Origin: an uncultured Bifidobacterium sp.
GTDB taxonomy: Bacteria > Actinomycetota > Acidimicrobiia > Acidimicrobiales > Ilumatobacteraceae
Length of the DNA: 42,724 nucleotides
Direction of reading: 5' to 3'
Assembly: GCA_964397715.1 (NCBI GenBank)
Contig: CAYNKE010000002.1
Span: forward strand, 15,267-57,990
The notes beneath the pieces are model-generated. The model was not told the DNA's origin. It did not search any database and was given only the letters and a program-made list of their open reading frames with translations. Position numbers and translations under genes: made by a program. Numbering within the stretch: the first letter of the stretch is position 1; every line of letters starts with the position of its first letter. This document shows positions 1 to 8,857 of this stretch, piece after piece.

Positions 1-595
1 GCGACCCGATGATGAACGAGGCGTTCAGGCGATTCACGAGATCGAGGATGTCGAAGTCGGAGACCGCCGCCGGATCGATCGGCACGGCGTACACCACCCC
101 CGCCACCTGATTGGTCGGATACACCGAGATCATCGCGTTGACGCCGAGGTGGTTGGTCGCGCTCACCTCGTCTTCGGTCTCGCCGTCGACGGTGAACCCC
201 ATCTCGACGAGAGCCTCCAACGCTCTCCCCCACGCCGGGGCCGACGCGAAGATGAGGCCTTGCCACCGATCGGATCCGTCGATCGGACGCATCGCCGACA
301 CGATCTCGAACTCGTCAGCCGACCAGCCCCGCGGAGATTCCGCGGCCAATCGCGATCCTTCCACCGTCACGCGCACCGGCCCGTGACCGCTCAACTCGTC
401 GGGGACTCGCCGACGCGACCGGGCTCCGAAGATGTCGGAACTTTGTATCCGCTGCCATTCCGAATCATCGACCGTGAATCTCACTTGCGCACGCCGCTCG
501 TCGGGATAGTCGATCTCGGGTTCGACCGCGAGGACGTCACCCGCGACGGACACGAAGGGGATCACCGCCACGAGCCCAGGGTACTCTTGGCCCAT
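1..595 (-). CDS. Hypothetical protein, N-terminal part only (gene runs off the left window edge)
   Basis: My own translation of the minus strand from the ATG (complement of 593-595) gives MGQEYPGLVAVIPFVSVAGDVLAVEPEIDYPDERRAQVRF...NHLGVNAMISVYPTNQVAGVVYAVPIDPAAVSDFDILDLVNRLNASFIIGS. The frame is open to position 1 and third codon positions are G/C-rich. It is missing from the ORF track because it has no in-window stop. In-frame GTGs 24-30 nt downstream are alternative starts. I recognise no family with confidence. Confidence 0.5.
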   Translation of the reverse strand, partial: MGQEYPGLVAVIPFVSVAGDVLAVEPEIDYPDERRAQVRFTVDDSEWQRIQSSDIFGARSRRRVPDELSGHGPVRVTVEGSRLAAESPRGWSADEFEIVSAMRPIDGSDRWQGLIFASAPAWGRALEALVEMGFTVDGETEDEVSATNHLGVNAMISVYPTNQVAGVVYAVPIDPAAVSDFDILDLVNRLNASFIIGS

Positions 596-980
596 GGGCC
601 TCCAAGTCGTGAGCGGAGCGATGCTGACGTGCACCTTCGGCATGGCGCCGTCCACTCTCAACGTCCTTCCGAAGAGCCGCGTGATGGCGTCGGCGCCGGC
701 CGCCAACACCATGGACATGGTGCCGAACATGAACATCCCGCCATTCGGGATGTGTCAGTCCCTGTCCAATCCTCAGGTGGCCGCCGCGACCGCCGCGGCC
801 CTCGGAGTGCTCACTCCGATGCCCTGCATCCCCGTACCCGCGGGCCCGTGGAAGCCCGGCTCGCCGACCGTGATGATCGGGGGCATGCCGGCACTGAACA
901 ACTCGTGCATGGCCAACTGCGCGTGGGGCGGCATGATCCAGATCTCCATGCCCGGTCAGATGAACGTCATGACGGCCTGA
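594..980 (+). CDS. DUF4280 (PAAR-like) domain protein, 128 aa
   Basis: The full length follows the DUF4280 pattern as I know it: VVSGAMLTCTFGMAPSTLNVLP, NIPPFGMCQSLSNPQVAAATAAA, PCIPVPAGPWKPGSPTVMIGGMPAL and CAWGGMIQISMPGQ. The ATG start agrees with the usual family N-terminus. Confidence 0.78.
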   Translation: MGLQVVSGAMLTCTFGMAPSTLNVLPKSRVMASAPAANTMDMVPNMNIPPFGMCQSLSNPQVAAATAAALGVLTPMPCIPVPAGPWKPGSPTVMIGGMPALNNSCMANCAWGGMIQISMPGQMNVMTA

Positions 981-994
981 GGGCCGGTTGCCGC

Positions 995-1993
995 CTAGAC
1001 GGTCGGCGACACCACGTAACGCCCCGTCACTCCGCCCTTCAGGATGGTCGTGAGCACGTCGTCGAGGTCGTTCAACCCGATCTCGTGCCCGATCGCGCCG
1101 ATGCCGCGGGGCTTCAGATCAGCACCCAGACGGTTCCAACAGGCGATGCGCTCGGCCATCGGTGTCTGCACCGAATCGATTCCGAGCAGGTTGACTCCGC
1201 GGAGGATGAACGGCATGACGGTCGTCGTGAACGAGGCGCCGCCGGTGAGACCACTCGCCGCCACTGCTCCGCCGTACTTCAACCGCTTCAACACGTTGGC
1301 CAGAGTCGACCCACCCACACAGTCGACGGCGCCGGCATAGGTCGTCGCGTGCAAGGGCCGAGGGTCGTCGGCCGAGAGTTCGTTGCGGTCGATCACGGCC
1401 GCGGCTCCCAGGGACGCGAGGAAGTCATGAGCCGACGCTTTACCCGAACTCGCCACGACCTCGTACCCGCGTCCGGCGAGCATCGACACCGCCATGCTGC
1501 CGACGCCACCGGTCGCCCCGGTGACGAGCACCGGGCCGGCATCGGGCCGCAGACCCCACTTTTCGAGGGCGATCACCGACAGCGCGGCCGTGAAGCCACC
1601 CGTCCCGATCACCATCGCGTCGCGGGTCGTCAAACCAGCCGGCATCGGCACGAGCCATTCGGCGGGAACCCGACAGAAGCGCGCATACGCGCCGTGACGG
1701 GACGTTCCGATGTCGTAGCCATGCGCGATCACGACATCACCGACCGCGAAGGACGAGCCGGCCGGGTCGATCACACGACCAGCGAGGTCGATACCGGGAA
1801 CGAGCGGCGAGATCCGCGCCACTTTGCCAGCGGTCGTCGACGCGAGACCGTCCTTGTAATTGACGCTCGACCACTCCACTTCGATCAACACGCCGTCCGG
1901 CGCGATCTCGTCGAGTCCGATCGTGCGCACACCTCGTGTCGCATTCTCTCCGTCATTGGAGAAGACGAAGGCGGGAAACGTGGTCGTGCTCAT
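995..1993 (-). CDS. NADPH:quinone oxidoreductase of the MDR superfamily, YhdH/AcuI (acrylyl-CoA reductase-like) subfamily
   Basis: The ORF is trimmed to the internal ATG at 1993 (MSTTTFPAFVF...). Motifs are SSVNYKDGLA, PLVPGIDLAG and the nucleotide-binding VLVTGATGGVGS. The longer ORF to 2119 would overlap the divergent gene. Confidence 0.8.
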   Translation of the reverse strand: MSTTTFPAFVFSNDGENATRGVRTIGLDEIAPDGVLIEVEWSSVNYKDGLASTTAGKVARISPLVPGIDLAGRVIDPAGSSFAVGDVVIAHGYDIGTSRHGAYARFCRVPAEWLVPMPAGLTTRDAMVIGTGGFTAALSVIALEKWGLRPDAGPVLVTGATGGVGSMAVSMLAGRGYEVVASSGKASAHDFLASLGAAAVIDRNELSADDPRPLHATTYAGAVDCVGGSTLANVLKRLKYGGAVAASGLTGGASFTTTVMPFILRGVNLLGIDSVQTPMAERIACWNRLGADLKPRGIGAIGHEIGLNDLDDVLTTILKGGVTGRYVVSPTV

Positions 1994-2047
1994 GTGAAGA
2001 GAGTAGTTGTCGGTGACGCCGAACGCCCCGCCCACTACAGTCGAGCC

Positions 2048-3370
2048 GTGGCTCGTGTATCTCGCGGGAAGTGGACCAACTGGGCCGGAAACCAGGTCGC
2101 GCGACCTTCGGCCATCCACGACCCGACGAGCGAGGACGACATCGTTGCGATCGTTCAGCGGGCGGCATCCGAGAATCGCACGGTCAAGCCGGTCGGGTCA
2201 GGACACAGCTTCACTTCCACCGCGGTCACGAACGGTCACTTGATACGCCTCGATCGCCTCGACGGACTGGTCGACGTCGACCGCGACAACGGGACCGTCA
2301 CCGTGGAGTCGGGCATCACCATCGATGCGCTCAATCACGTGCTGCACGGTCTGGGCCTCGCACTCGCCAACCTCGGCGACATCGCATATCAGACGATCAG
2401 TGGCGCGATCGCCACGTCGACTCATGGGACCGGCCGCCAGCTCACCGGCCTCGCTGGTCAGGTGCAACGCCTGCGTCTCGTCGACGGAACCGGTGCGGTC
2501 CACGATCTCAGACCCGAGCATGGCGACTCCTTCCAGGCGGCCCGTGTCAATGTCGGCGCCCTCGGCGTCGTGAGCCAGTACACGCTCGCCGTGGTCCCGG
2601 CCTTTCGACTTCGCGCCCAGGAAGGCGCCCGCAAGCTCGACGACCTCCTCGAGAATCTCGACTCACTCGTGGACGGCAACGACCACTTCGAATTCTTCTG
2701 GCTCCCGCACACTCCCTGGGCGCTCACCAAGCGAAACAACCGCACCGACGAGCCCGTGCCGTCACCCAGCCTGCGCGGCCGGGCCCAGCACTGGTGGTCG
2801 AAGACGTTCATCGAGAACATCGGTTTCGGCGCCCTGTGCGAAGTCGGTCGTCGTCGCCCGTCTCTCATCCCGCGGCTCGCCACTCTTCTTCCGTCGAGCG
2901 GCCAGACGACCTACGTCAACGACAGCTTCCGCATCTACGCATCCAAGAGAATCGTGAAGTTCCTCGAGATGGAGTACTCGATCCCTCGCCGACACTGCGC
3001 CGCGGCTCTGTCGCGGATCCGATCGATGATCGACGAACGGGGCCATCTCGTCAGCTTCCCCGTCGAAGTCCGCTTCACCGCTGCCGACGACGTCACGCTG
3101 TCCACGGCGAACAGCCGCGAATCCGCGTACATCGCGGTGCACATGTACAAGGGCACCCCGTGGTCGATTGCCGAGCGTTACTTCCGCGACGTGGAGGCGA
3201 TCATGGCCGAATTCTCCGGCCGCCCGCACTGGGGCAAGCTCCACTTCCGAACCGCCGCCGATCTGGAACCGCTCTATCCGAAGTGGCAGTCGTTCCTCGC
3301 CGCGCGAAATCAGTTCGATCCGAACCGCGTCTTCGCCAACGACTACACGCGACAGGTCTTCGGGGACTGA
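2048..3370 (+). CDS. FAD-linked L-gulono-/D-arabinono-1,4-lactone oxidase (dehydrogenase) family protein
   Basis: This is the C-terminal 440 codons of the 1073-aa ORF. Matching segments are WTNWAGNQ, the PCMH-type FAD domain VKPVGSGHSF, and the ALO-type C-terminus GRPHWGKLHF...FANDY. The GTG at 2048 is the only in-frame start just upstream of the conserved N-terminus. Confidence 0.8.
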   Translation: MARVSRGKWTNWAGNQVARPSAIHDPTSEDDIVAIVQRAASENRTVKPVGSGHSFTSTAVTNGHLIRLDRLDGLVDVDRDNGTVTVESGITIDALNHVLHGLGLALANLGDIAYQTISGAIATSTHGTGRQLTGLAGQVQRLRLVDGTGAVHDLRPEHGDSFQAARVNVGALGVVSQYTLAVVPAFRLRAQEGARKLDDLLENLDSLVDGNDHFEFFWLPHTPWALTKRNNRTDEPVPSPSLRGRAQHWWSKTFIENIGFGALCEVGRRRPSLIPRLATLLPSSGQTTYVNDSFRIYASKRIVKFLEMEYSIPRRHCAAALSRIRSMIDERGHLVSFPVEVRFTAADDVTLSTANSRESAYIAVHMYKGTPWSIAERYFRDVEAIMAEFSGRPHWGKLHFRTAADLEPLYPKWQSFLAARNQFDPNRVFANDYTRQVFGD

Positions 3371-3880
3371 TCAGCGTCCCATCACGATCGAATCGCCGGA
3401 CTTCCACTCCTCGTGGGCCCGACGCCAGCGCGCGAAGACCTTCACGATGTGCGGCGGATCGCCGTGGATCTCGGTGAATCCTCCGGTCACTTCACGAGTG
3501 TCGAAATAGGAAGCGTTGACGCCGTCGGCGTACAGCTCACAAGCCGGCTCGAAGCCGAGATCGAGTAGTCGTTGCCGCTCGGCGGCGAAGTCGGAGACCA
3601 GATACGCCACGTGATGGAAGCCCGACTCCCCCGGGGCGTACATGTCGCGATAGATCGACGGCTGGTCGTCGTGCTGCTGGATGAACTGGATCATCAGATC
3701 ACCCAGGTAGCCAAAGGCGTACGAGACGTCGGCCTCGACCGGAGTTCCGCGATAGGCGAAGGTGTCGGTCTTGTGATGCGATGCGATCGCGAAGGGCCCG
3801 GCCCCGAACAACGTGTGCCAACGCCCGATCGCTTCCTCGATGTCGTCGACGAAGTACGCGTGCTGGAACAAGCGGATCAT
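3371..3880 (-). CDS. VOC (glyoxalase/bleomycin-resistance/extradiol dioxygenase) family protein
   Basis: 169 aa beginning MIRLFQHAYFVDDIEEAIGRW, with FHHVAYLV. This pattern is typical of VOC proteins. Its ATG overlaps the stop of the upstream permease (ATGA at 3877-3880). Confidence 0.7.
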   Translation of the reverse strand: MIRLFQHAYFVDDIEEAIGRWHTLFGAGPFAIASHHKTDTFAYRGTPVEADVSYAFGYLGDLMIQFIQQHDDQPSIYRDMYAPGESGFHHVAYLVSDFAAERQRLLDLGFEPACELYADGVNASYFDTREVTGGFTEIHGDPPHIVKVFARWRRAHEEWKSGDSIVMGR

Positions 3881-5862
3881 CGGTCTCGACCCTTTCTGGC
3901 CGCCCACCGACGGCCCACGCCGTGGACCGTACCAGCCAGACCTTCGGGGTTCTTCACGGCCATCACGATCAGTCCGATCGCGCCGACGATGATCTCCCAG
4001 CGGCCGAACTCGATGCCGAGCCGATTCCATCCGGAATCGAGAGCCTTGAATCCGATGCCGTCGGACGCGAACACCCCGGCGAGAACCGCACCCGAAATCG
4101 ATGCGATGCCTCCGAGGTAGGCGAAGGCGAGCAGGACGAGCGACGAGAAGAACGTGTACGAGTTGGCCGAGACCGAACCGAAGCGGTACGCGACGAAGGT
4201 TCCCATCAGACCGGCGATGAAGGCCGAGACCGCGAAGCCGAGCATCTTGGTTCGAGCCACGTCGATGGCGATGGCTTCGGCCGCGCGTTCGTTCGAGCGC
4301 ACCGACAAGAACTTGTGTCCGGTATCGCTCCGGCGGATGTTGGCCACGCCGATCGCCACGAGAGCGACCACGATCGTCACCATGACTCCGAAGATCGGCC
4401 GATACGGGTCGTCGTCGCTCCGCAAACCGAGATTCAAACCGAACAACTCGGGCCTCGGGACCGGCGCCCCGCCGCTCGACAACTCGCCCACGAAGAACGA
4501 GTTCTTGAAGACGAACTCCTGCACCGCGATGCTCCCAGCCAAGGTGACGATCGCCAGGTTGACTCCGCGAACTCGCAACGCCGGCAACCCGACGAGCACT
4601 CCGAAGACCGCGGCGACCGCCGCCGCGATCAACGGCGCGATCGGGAACGGCAGGCCGATCCGCTCGGTGATTCGCGACAGAACGAATCCGGCGAACCCGG
4701 CGATCGTCATCTGAGCGAGGGAGATCTGTCCGAGGTACCCGGTGACCACGACCAGCGACAGTGCGAGTCCGCAGAAGATCACCGAGGTGAGCAGGGCCAA
4801 GCCCCAAGCGTCGGGAAGCGTCACGAATGCGATGACCACCGTCGCGACCGACACGATGGTTTGTCGAACTCGAATCTCGCCATCTCCGACGGCGGGCGCC
4901 CGGCCACTGTCGAGCGCTCCACGTTCGGGGATTCGCTTTCCCATCACCACGAGCGCGACGACGACCGCCAGGAACACCAAGCCGTCGCGCAAACCAATGG
5001 TGGGAAGCCACGAGAAGTCGCTCTGCAAGGCCGGGGCCAGCGACTGCACGATGCCGATCACGAAACCGGCCCCAACAGTCCAGCCGAAGGACACGAACCG
5101 TCCGACCAGTGCCGCGCCGAGGGCCGGCACCAGCAACTGCGTGAACAGGAGTGGCGTCAACTGGAAGACCGGCGCGGCCAGGATTCCGACGACCGAGGCG
5201 ATCATGGATGCGGCGACCCACGTCGATACCGCCAACCGATCAGCCGCGAACCCGAGCAGCACCGCACCCTTTTCGGACTCGGCGGATGCGCGAATGGCCA
5301 GACCCTGACGCGTGTAGCGGAACAAGAGCCACAGGGCGACCGCGACCACCACGGCGATTCCGGACAACCAGAGGGCGTCGACCTCGACGACCAGATCGTC
5401 GGTGAGGCGAAGAACGCCTCCCGGCAAGGTCGACGGCAAGTTGATGCTGCTCGTTCCGTCGAAACGAATTCCGATCATCCCCTGCAGCGCCAGGAGGACG
5501 CCGATGCTCGCGACCAACTTCGCGAGAAGGGGCGACGACCGCAGGGCCCGGAAGATCAAGAGGTACGCGAGAGCACTGATGACCGCCGCGGTCGCGATCG
5601 TGAGGACGACCGCGGACAGCACGGTGACCCGAACGTCGTCACCGCCGAAGCGGTGGGCCGACCAAGGACCGGGAAGGAAGATCGGATATCGCGCGTTGGT
5701 GCGCAGGTCGTAGTACACGTAGGACGACCACGCGCAGATCGCGCCGAAGCTGAAGTTCACGAGGCCCGAGCCCCGAGCGGTGACGACGAGGCCGAGGCCC
5801 ATGAGGGAATACACTGCGCCAGCGCCGAGGCCGGCCAGGATCGCCGCCAGATAGACCGTCAT
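3877..5862 (-). CDS. Branched-chain amino acid-type ABC transporter permease, fused LivH-LivM
   Basis: 661 aa and polytopic. The N-terminal half is LivH-like (GLGAGAVYSLMGLGLVVTARGSGLVNFSFGA). The C-terminal half is LivM-like (GYLGQISLAQMTIAGFAGF, LRVRGVNLAIVTLA). It starts directly after the stop of the binding-protein gene. Confidence 0.85.
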   Translation of the reverse strand: MTVYLAAILAGLGAGAVYSLMGLGLVVTARGSGLVNFSFGAICAWSSYVYYDLRTNARYPIFLPGPWSAHRFGGDDVRVTVLSAVVLTIATAAVISALAYLLIFRALRSSPLLAKLVASIGVLLALQGMIGIRFDGTSSINLPSTLPGGVLRLTDDLVVEVDALWLSGIAVVVAVALWLLFRYTRQGLAIRASAESEKGAVLLGFAADRLAVSTWVAASMIASVVGILAAPVFQLTPLLFTQLLVPALGAALVGRFVSFGWTVGAGFVIGIVQSLAPALQSDFSWLPTIGLRDGLVFLAVVVALVVMGKRIPERGALDSGRAPAVGDGEIRVRQTIVSVATVVIAFVTLPDAWGLALLTSVIFCGLALSLVVVTGYLGQISLAQMTIAGFAGFVLSRITERIGLPFPIAPLIAAAVAAVFGVLVGLPALRVRGVNLAIVTLAGSIAVQEFVFKNSFFVGELSSGGAPVPRPELFGLNLGLRSDDDPYRPIFGVMVTIVVALVAIGVANIRRSDTGHKFLSVRSNERAAEAIAIDVARTKMLGFAVSAFIAGLMGTFVAYRFGSVSANSYTFFSSLVLLAFAYLGGIASISGAVLAGVFASDGIGFKALDSGWNRLGIEFGRWEIIVGAIGLIVMAVKNPEGLAGTVHGVGRRWAARKGRDR

Positions 5863-7125
5863 CTACGACCCGAATTTCAACACGTCGAGAGCCGAGATCT
5901 GGGCACCGCCGAAGGCGGGCTCGATCCCCTGAGCCGTGTACGTCGCGAAGGGAATCTCGAAGAGGCAGACACTCGGCAATTCCCGGACCGATCCGCAGGC
6001 GAGCGGCGCGTCGCTCGCCCAAAAGCGTCCGCGACCCGCTCTGAACGCTTCGTTGATCGCGTCGCCGGTGATCGGGCCGTCCAACGCCGATGCCACTTGC
6101 CAGATGGTGAGCATCTGGCTCCAGCCCAGTGACGTGAATCCGTAGCGATCGATCTGGTCAGGCCGCTTCCCCGTGAGTTCGGCGACGTAACGGCGCATCA
6201 CCAACGAATCATCGGATTCTGGGCCGCCCGAGGCTCCAGCGAAGTACCAGCCGATGGCGGCATCGCCCACCGCGTCCAGGACCGATTCGGACAGGCATGC
6301 GGTCGAGGCGAATGTCGGCACATCGAGACCGAGGTCGGCTCGCGCCCGCATGGTCCCGACACAGCCGGCTTGCGCGTAGAAGACAATGATCGCCGTCGGA
6401 TCGAATTCGGCTGCTTGCTGCATGAGGGACCGATAACCCGCATCGGACTCGGTCTCCCCACCCTTGATGATCGTGTACTCGGCCCCCGCCGATTCGAGCG
6501 CCGGTTCGAGATACGTGAGCGCATCGGCGGTGGCTGCACTGTCGGCGGCGATGACGGCGACACGCTTGAGGCCGAGGTATCGCTCGCTCGTGATCGCGTT
6601 GGCTGTCGCCGCCTGAACGACCAAGTTGCCCGCCGTGATGTAGACCGCATCGGCGGAATAGTCACCAGCGAACACCGGGACGGCACCGATGACCGGGATC
6701 CCCGCCGATTCGAAGGTTCCGTAGGCCACGAAGAGGTCGAGTCCGATCATGGCCAGATCGACGCGCCGCGCCGCCAGGTCCTGAGCGCAAGCCTGGGACG
6801 ACTCCGGGGACGCCTGGGTCGCACACACGACCAGTTCGACCGGTCGTCCGGCGAACCCGCCGAGTTCGGCGTTGATGTACTCGGCCGCGGCGCGAAAGGC
6901 GATCGAGAAGTCCGGGAAGTCGACCCCCGGATTGCCCTCGCTGTTGACGACACCGATGACGAAGGGTTCGCCTGTCGGTCGGGGGTTCGTCGTCGTCGGC
7001 TCGGCGGCGACTGAACTCGGTGCCTCTGTCTCGACCGCTTCGGCCCGGTCGAACCCCGGTTTGGGTTCGGTGCACGCCACGACAGTCGCGCAGACCGCCA
7101 TCGCCGCCACCCAGCGTCCCGCCAC
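5863..7125 (-). CDS. ABC transporter substrate-binding lipoprotein (LivK / type 1 periplasmic binding fold)
   Basis: 420 aa with a signal peptide and lipobox (AMAVCATVVAC). It shows typical Leu/Ile/Val-binding family composition and is collinear with the permease. It starts with GTG. Confidence 0.75.
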   Translation of the reverse strand: MAGRWVAAMAVCATVVACTEPKPGFDRAEAVETEAPSSVAAEPTTTNPRPTGEPFVIGVVNSEGNPGVDFPDFSIAFRAAAEYINAELGGFAGRPVELVVCATQASPESSQACAQDLAARRVDLAMIGLDLFVAYGTFESAGIPVIGAVPVFAGDYSADAVYITAGNLVVQAATANAITSERYLGLKRVAVIAADSAATADALTYLEPALESAGAEYTIIKGGETESDAGYRSLMQQAAEFDPTAIIVFYAQAGCVGTMRARADLGLDVPTFASTACLSESVLDAVGDAAIGWYFAGASGGPESDDSLVMRRYVAELTGKRPDQIDRYGFTSLGWSQMLTIWQVASALDGPITGDAINEAFRAGRGRFWASDAPLACGSVRELPSVCLFEIPFATYTAQGIEPAFGGAQISALDVLKFGS

Positions 7126-7165
7126 GGAGACGACTGTAGTCAGTTCGCGACGGTCACCCCGACGG

Positions 7166-7789
7166 CTAGCAACCTGACAGCACCCGTTGCAGAGCGTTCT
7201 TCTCGACCGCGTCGACTGCGAGACCCCACGTCGCCTTCACACCGATCCACTCGATCACGTACTGGCACCAGTACTCGCGTCGTGGAGGCATCCATTCGGC
7301 GGGATCGCGATCCCCCTTCGATCGATTGCTGGAGGCGCTCACCGCGACGAGAGCGAAAGCAGTTCGCAGGTCGTTCGCGTACTCCTGACGCCGTTGAGCG
7401 GTCCACGACTTCGCGCCCGAATCCCACGCTTCCTTCAGCGGCACGAGGTGATCGATGTCGAACGAAGTCGCGTTCGTCGTCGTGACTCCGTCGTACACGG
7501 AGAACCACTGTCCGCCGCTGATCGAACAACGATTTCCGACCTTCACGGGGCGGAGCGACTCGACGATGAGGACTTCCCGCCGCGTGTCGCAGCCGTTGCG
7601 ATCGTCGTCGATCCAGAGTTTGAACGACGACCGCGCGTATCCGGATCCGTCTTCGGGCCGAACGGGCAGCGTCTCGAGAATCTGCGATGGCGTGGGAAGC
7701 GCGCTAGACCCGGCCCCATGGGCCATTGAAGTCGGTCCGAACGAGAGCGACAACAGCAGAGCAGCAATGATCCGCCGCCGATACGACAT
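7166..7789 (-). CDS. Secreted HNH-type nuclease, DUF1524 family
   Basis: Trimmed to the ATG at 7789 (MSYRRRIIAALLLSLSFGPTSMAHG, a signal peptide). The core FDIDHLVPLKEAWDSGA...NDLRTAFALVAVSASSNRSKGDRDPAEWMPP matches the DUF1524/GmrSD C-terminal nuclease motif. Confidence 0.75.
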   Translation of the reverse strand: MSYRRRIIAALLLSLSFGPTSMAHGAGSSALPTPSQILETLPVRPEDGSGYARSSFKLWIDDDRNGCDTRREVLIVESLRPVKVGNRCSISGGQWFSVYDGVTTTNATSFDIDHLVPLKEAWDSGAKSWTAQRRQEYANDLRTAFALVAVSASSNRSKGDRDPAEWMPPRREYWCQYVIEWIGVKATWGLAVDAVEKNALQRVLSGC

Positions 7790-7859
7790 GCCACGACAGT
7801 ACGGCGGATCGGCTGTCGTGTCTCTCGACACCGTCAATCAGTATGAGCGAAGGAGTCGT

Positions 7860-8774
7860 TCAGCTGATCGCGTACGTACCCGTGACGGTGACACCCGACT
7901 TGTCGGTGACGACCACTTTGAAGTTCTTGGCCGTGCGAGGCACGACCGAGCGGTTCGTGTACACCGACTTCGTGAGCGACGACGTCGAGAGCAGATTGGT
8001 CGGCACGAGTGTCTCGCCGCCGTCGGTGATGTACAGCTTCAGCGACGTCACGTCGTTGTCGCCGAGGCCGCTTTCCGTGATTGCGATGCGAATCGTCGTT
8101 CCCGCGCCCACTTGAGTGAACGACACCTTGTCGATCGTCAACTTGGCGACTGGCGTGATACCGGGCGCCAGACTGCCCATGGTCACGACGGGCGACAATG
8201 CGGTGGTGGGCTTGGGCAGTCCCGGAAAAGTCAGCACCGGCCCGTTCGAACCCGACCCGCTGTTCAAGATGTCGGAGACTCGACCCCAGTCGACGGTCGG
8301 AAACGTGAGCGGCGGAATCGACACGATCGTTCCGCTCGAACCTCCGGCGTTACTCGGAGCAGCGGTGTCGACCGGGGCGGCGGCGCCCCCACCCGCGGGG
8401 GTGGCCGTGTCGGGAGCCGGCATTCCGTCAGGAGTGTCGGTTTCCTCGTCAGCCAGAGTCTCGGGTGCGGCCTCCTGCGCCGCTGCCTCGCCCTCGGCGA
8501 CCTGGGGCGCGACCAGTGCGTCGCGCAGTTCGGCCAACTGGTCGGACCCGAGACCATCGAGCAACTCAGGATTGTCCTCCAGGGCCTTCAGAACGACCGA
8601 GGCCGGGTCGGAGCCGTCAGCCGAGGCGCCATTGGCCGCCGCGGCGAAGAGCAACGTGATGATCTCGTCGCGCAACTCGTCCGACGACTGCGTGTTCTCG
8701 TCTCCGCCACATCCCACCAGAGCGGCGGCCAACACGAAGGCCGCGATCGAAACTCCCCAACGCTTGGTCGCCAT
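7860..8774 (-). CDS. Lipoprotein of unknown function (acidic linker plus C-terminal beta-rich domain)
   Basis: The ATG at 8774 is preceded by AAGGTGG, and there is a lipobox (AAALVGCGG). I recognise no family. A GTG at 8783 is an alternative start. Confidence 0.65.
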   Translation of the reverse strand: MATKRWGVSIAAFVLAAALVGCGGDENTQSSDELRDEIITLLFAAAANGASADGSDPASVVLKALEDNPELLDGLGSDQLAELRDALVAPQVAEGEAAAQEAAPETLADEETDTPDGMPAPDTATPAGGGAAAPVDTAAPSNAGGSSGTIVSIPPLTFPTVDWGRVSDILNSGSGSNGPVLTFPGLPKPTTALSPVVTMGSLAPGITPVAKLTIDKVSFTQVGAGTTIRIAITESGLGDNDVTSLKLYITDGGETLVPTNLLSTSSLTKSVYTNRSVVPRTAKNFKVVVTDKSGVTVTGTYAIS

Positions 8775-8821
8775 CTGACCCACCTTTCGTGATGGTGATC
8801 GAATCGACTTCGATTCTGCCA

Positions 8822-8857
8822 GATCCCGGCTTCAGGTCGGTGTATCCAGCCGGGATC
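8822..8857 (-). terminator. Stem-loop (10-bp stem GATCCCGGCT/AGCCGGGATC) overlapping the stop codon of the Thr-rich lipoprotein gene
   Basis: A perfect 10-bp inverted repeat with a 16-nt loop, read directly from the sequence. A second short hairpin (GAATCGA/TCGATTC, about 8797-8815) follows. There is no U-tract, so terminator function is uncertain. Confidence 0.35.

Noticed and set aside
149-2047. The first ~630 codons of the 1073-aa plus-strand ORF (149-3370), and ORF 111-386
   Set aside because: They are Arg/His/Gly/Asp-rich low-complexity translations running antisense to three well-supported genes (1-595, 594-980 in another frame, and 995-1993). Only the part from the GTG at 2048 matches a protein family. 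This is a typical high-GC open-frame artefact.
3781-6132. 783-aa plus-strand ORF, and the N-terminal 447 aa of the 616-aa minus-strand ORF 3371-5221
   Set aside because: Both overlap the LivHM permease gene in other frames and translate to Arg/Asp/Gly-rich sequence with no motifs. The permease frame has clear TM periodicity and family motifs.
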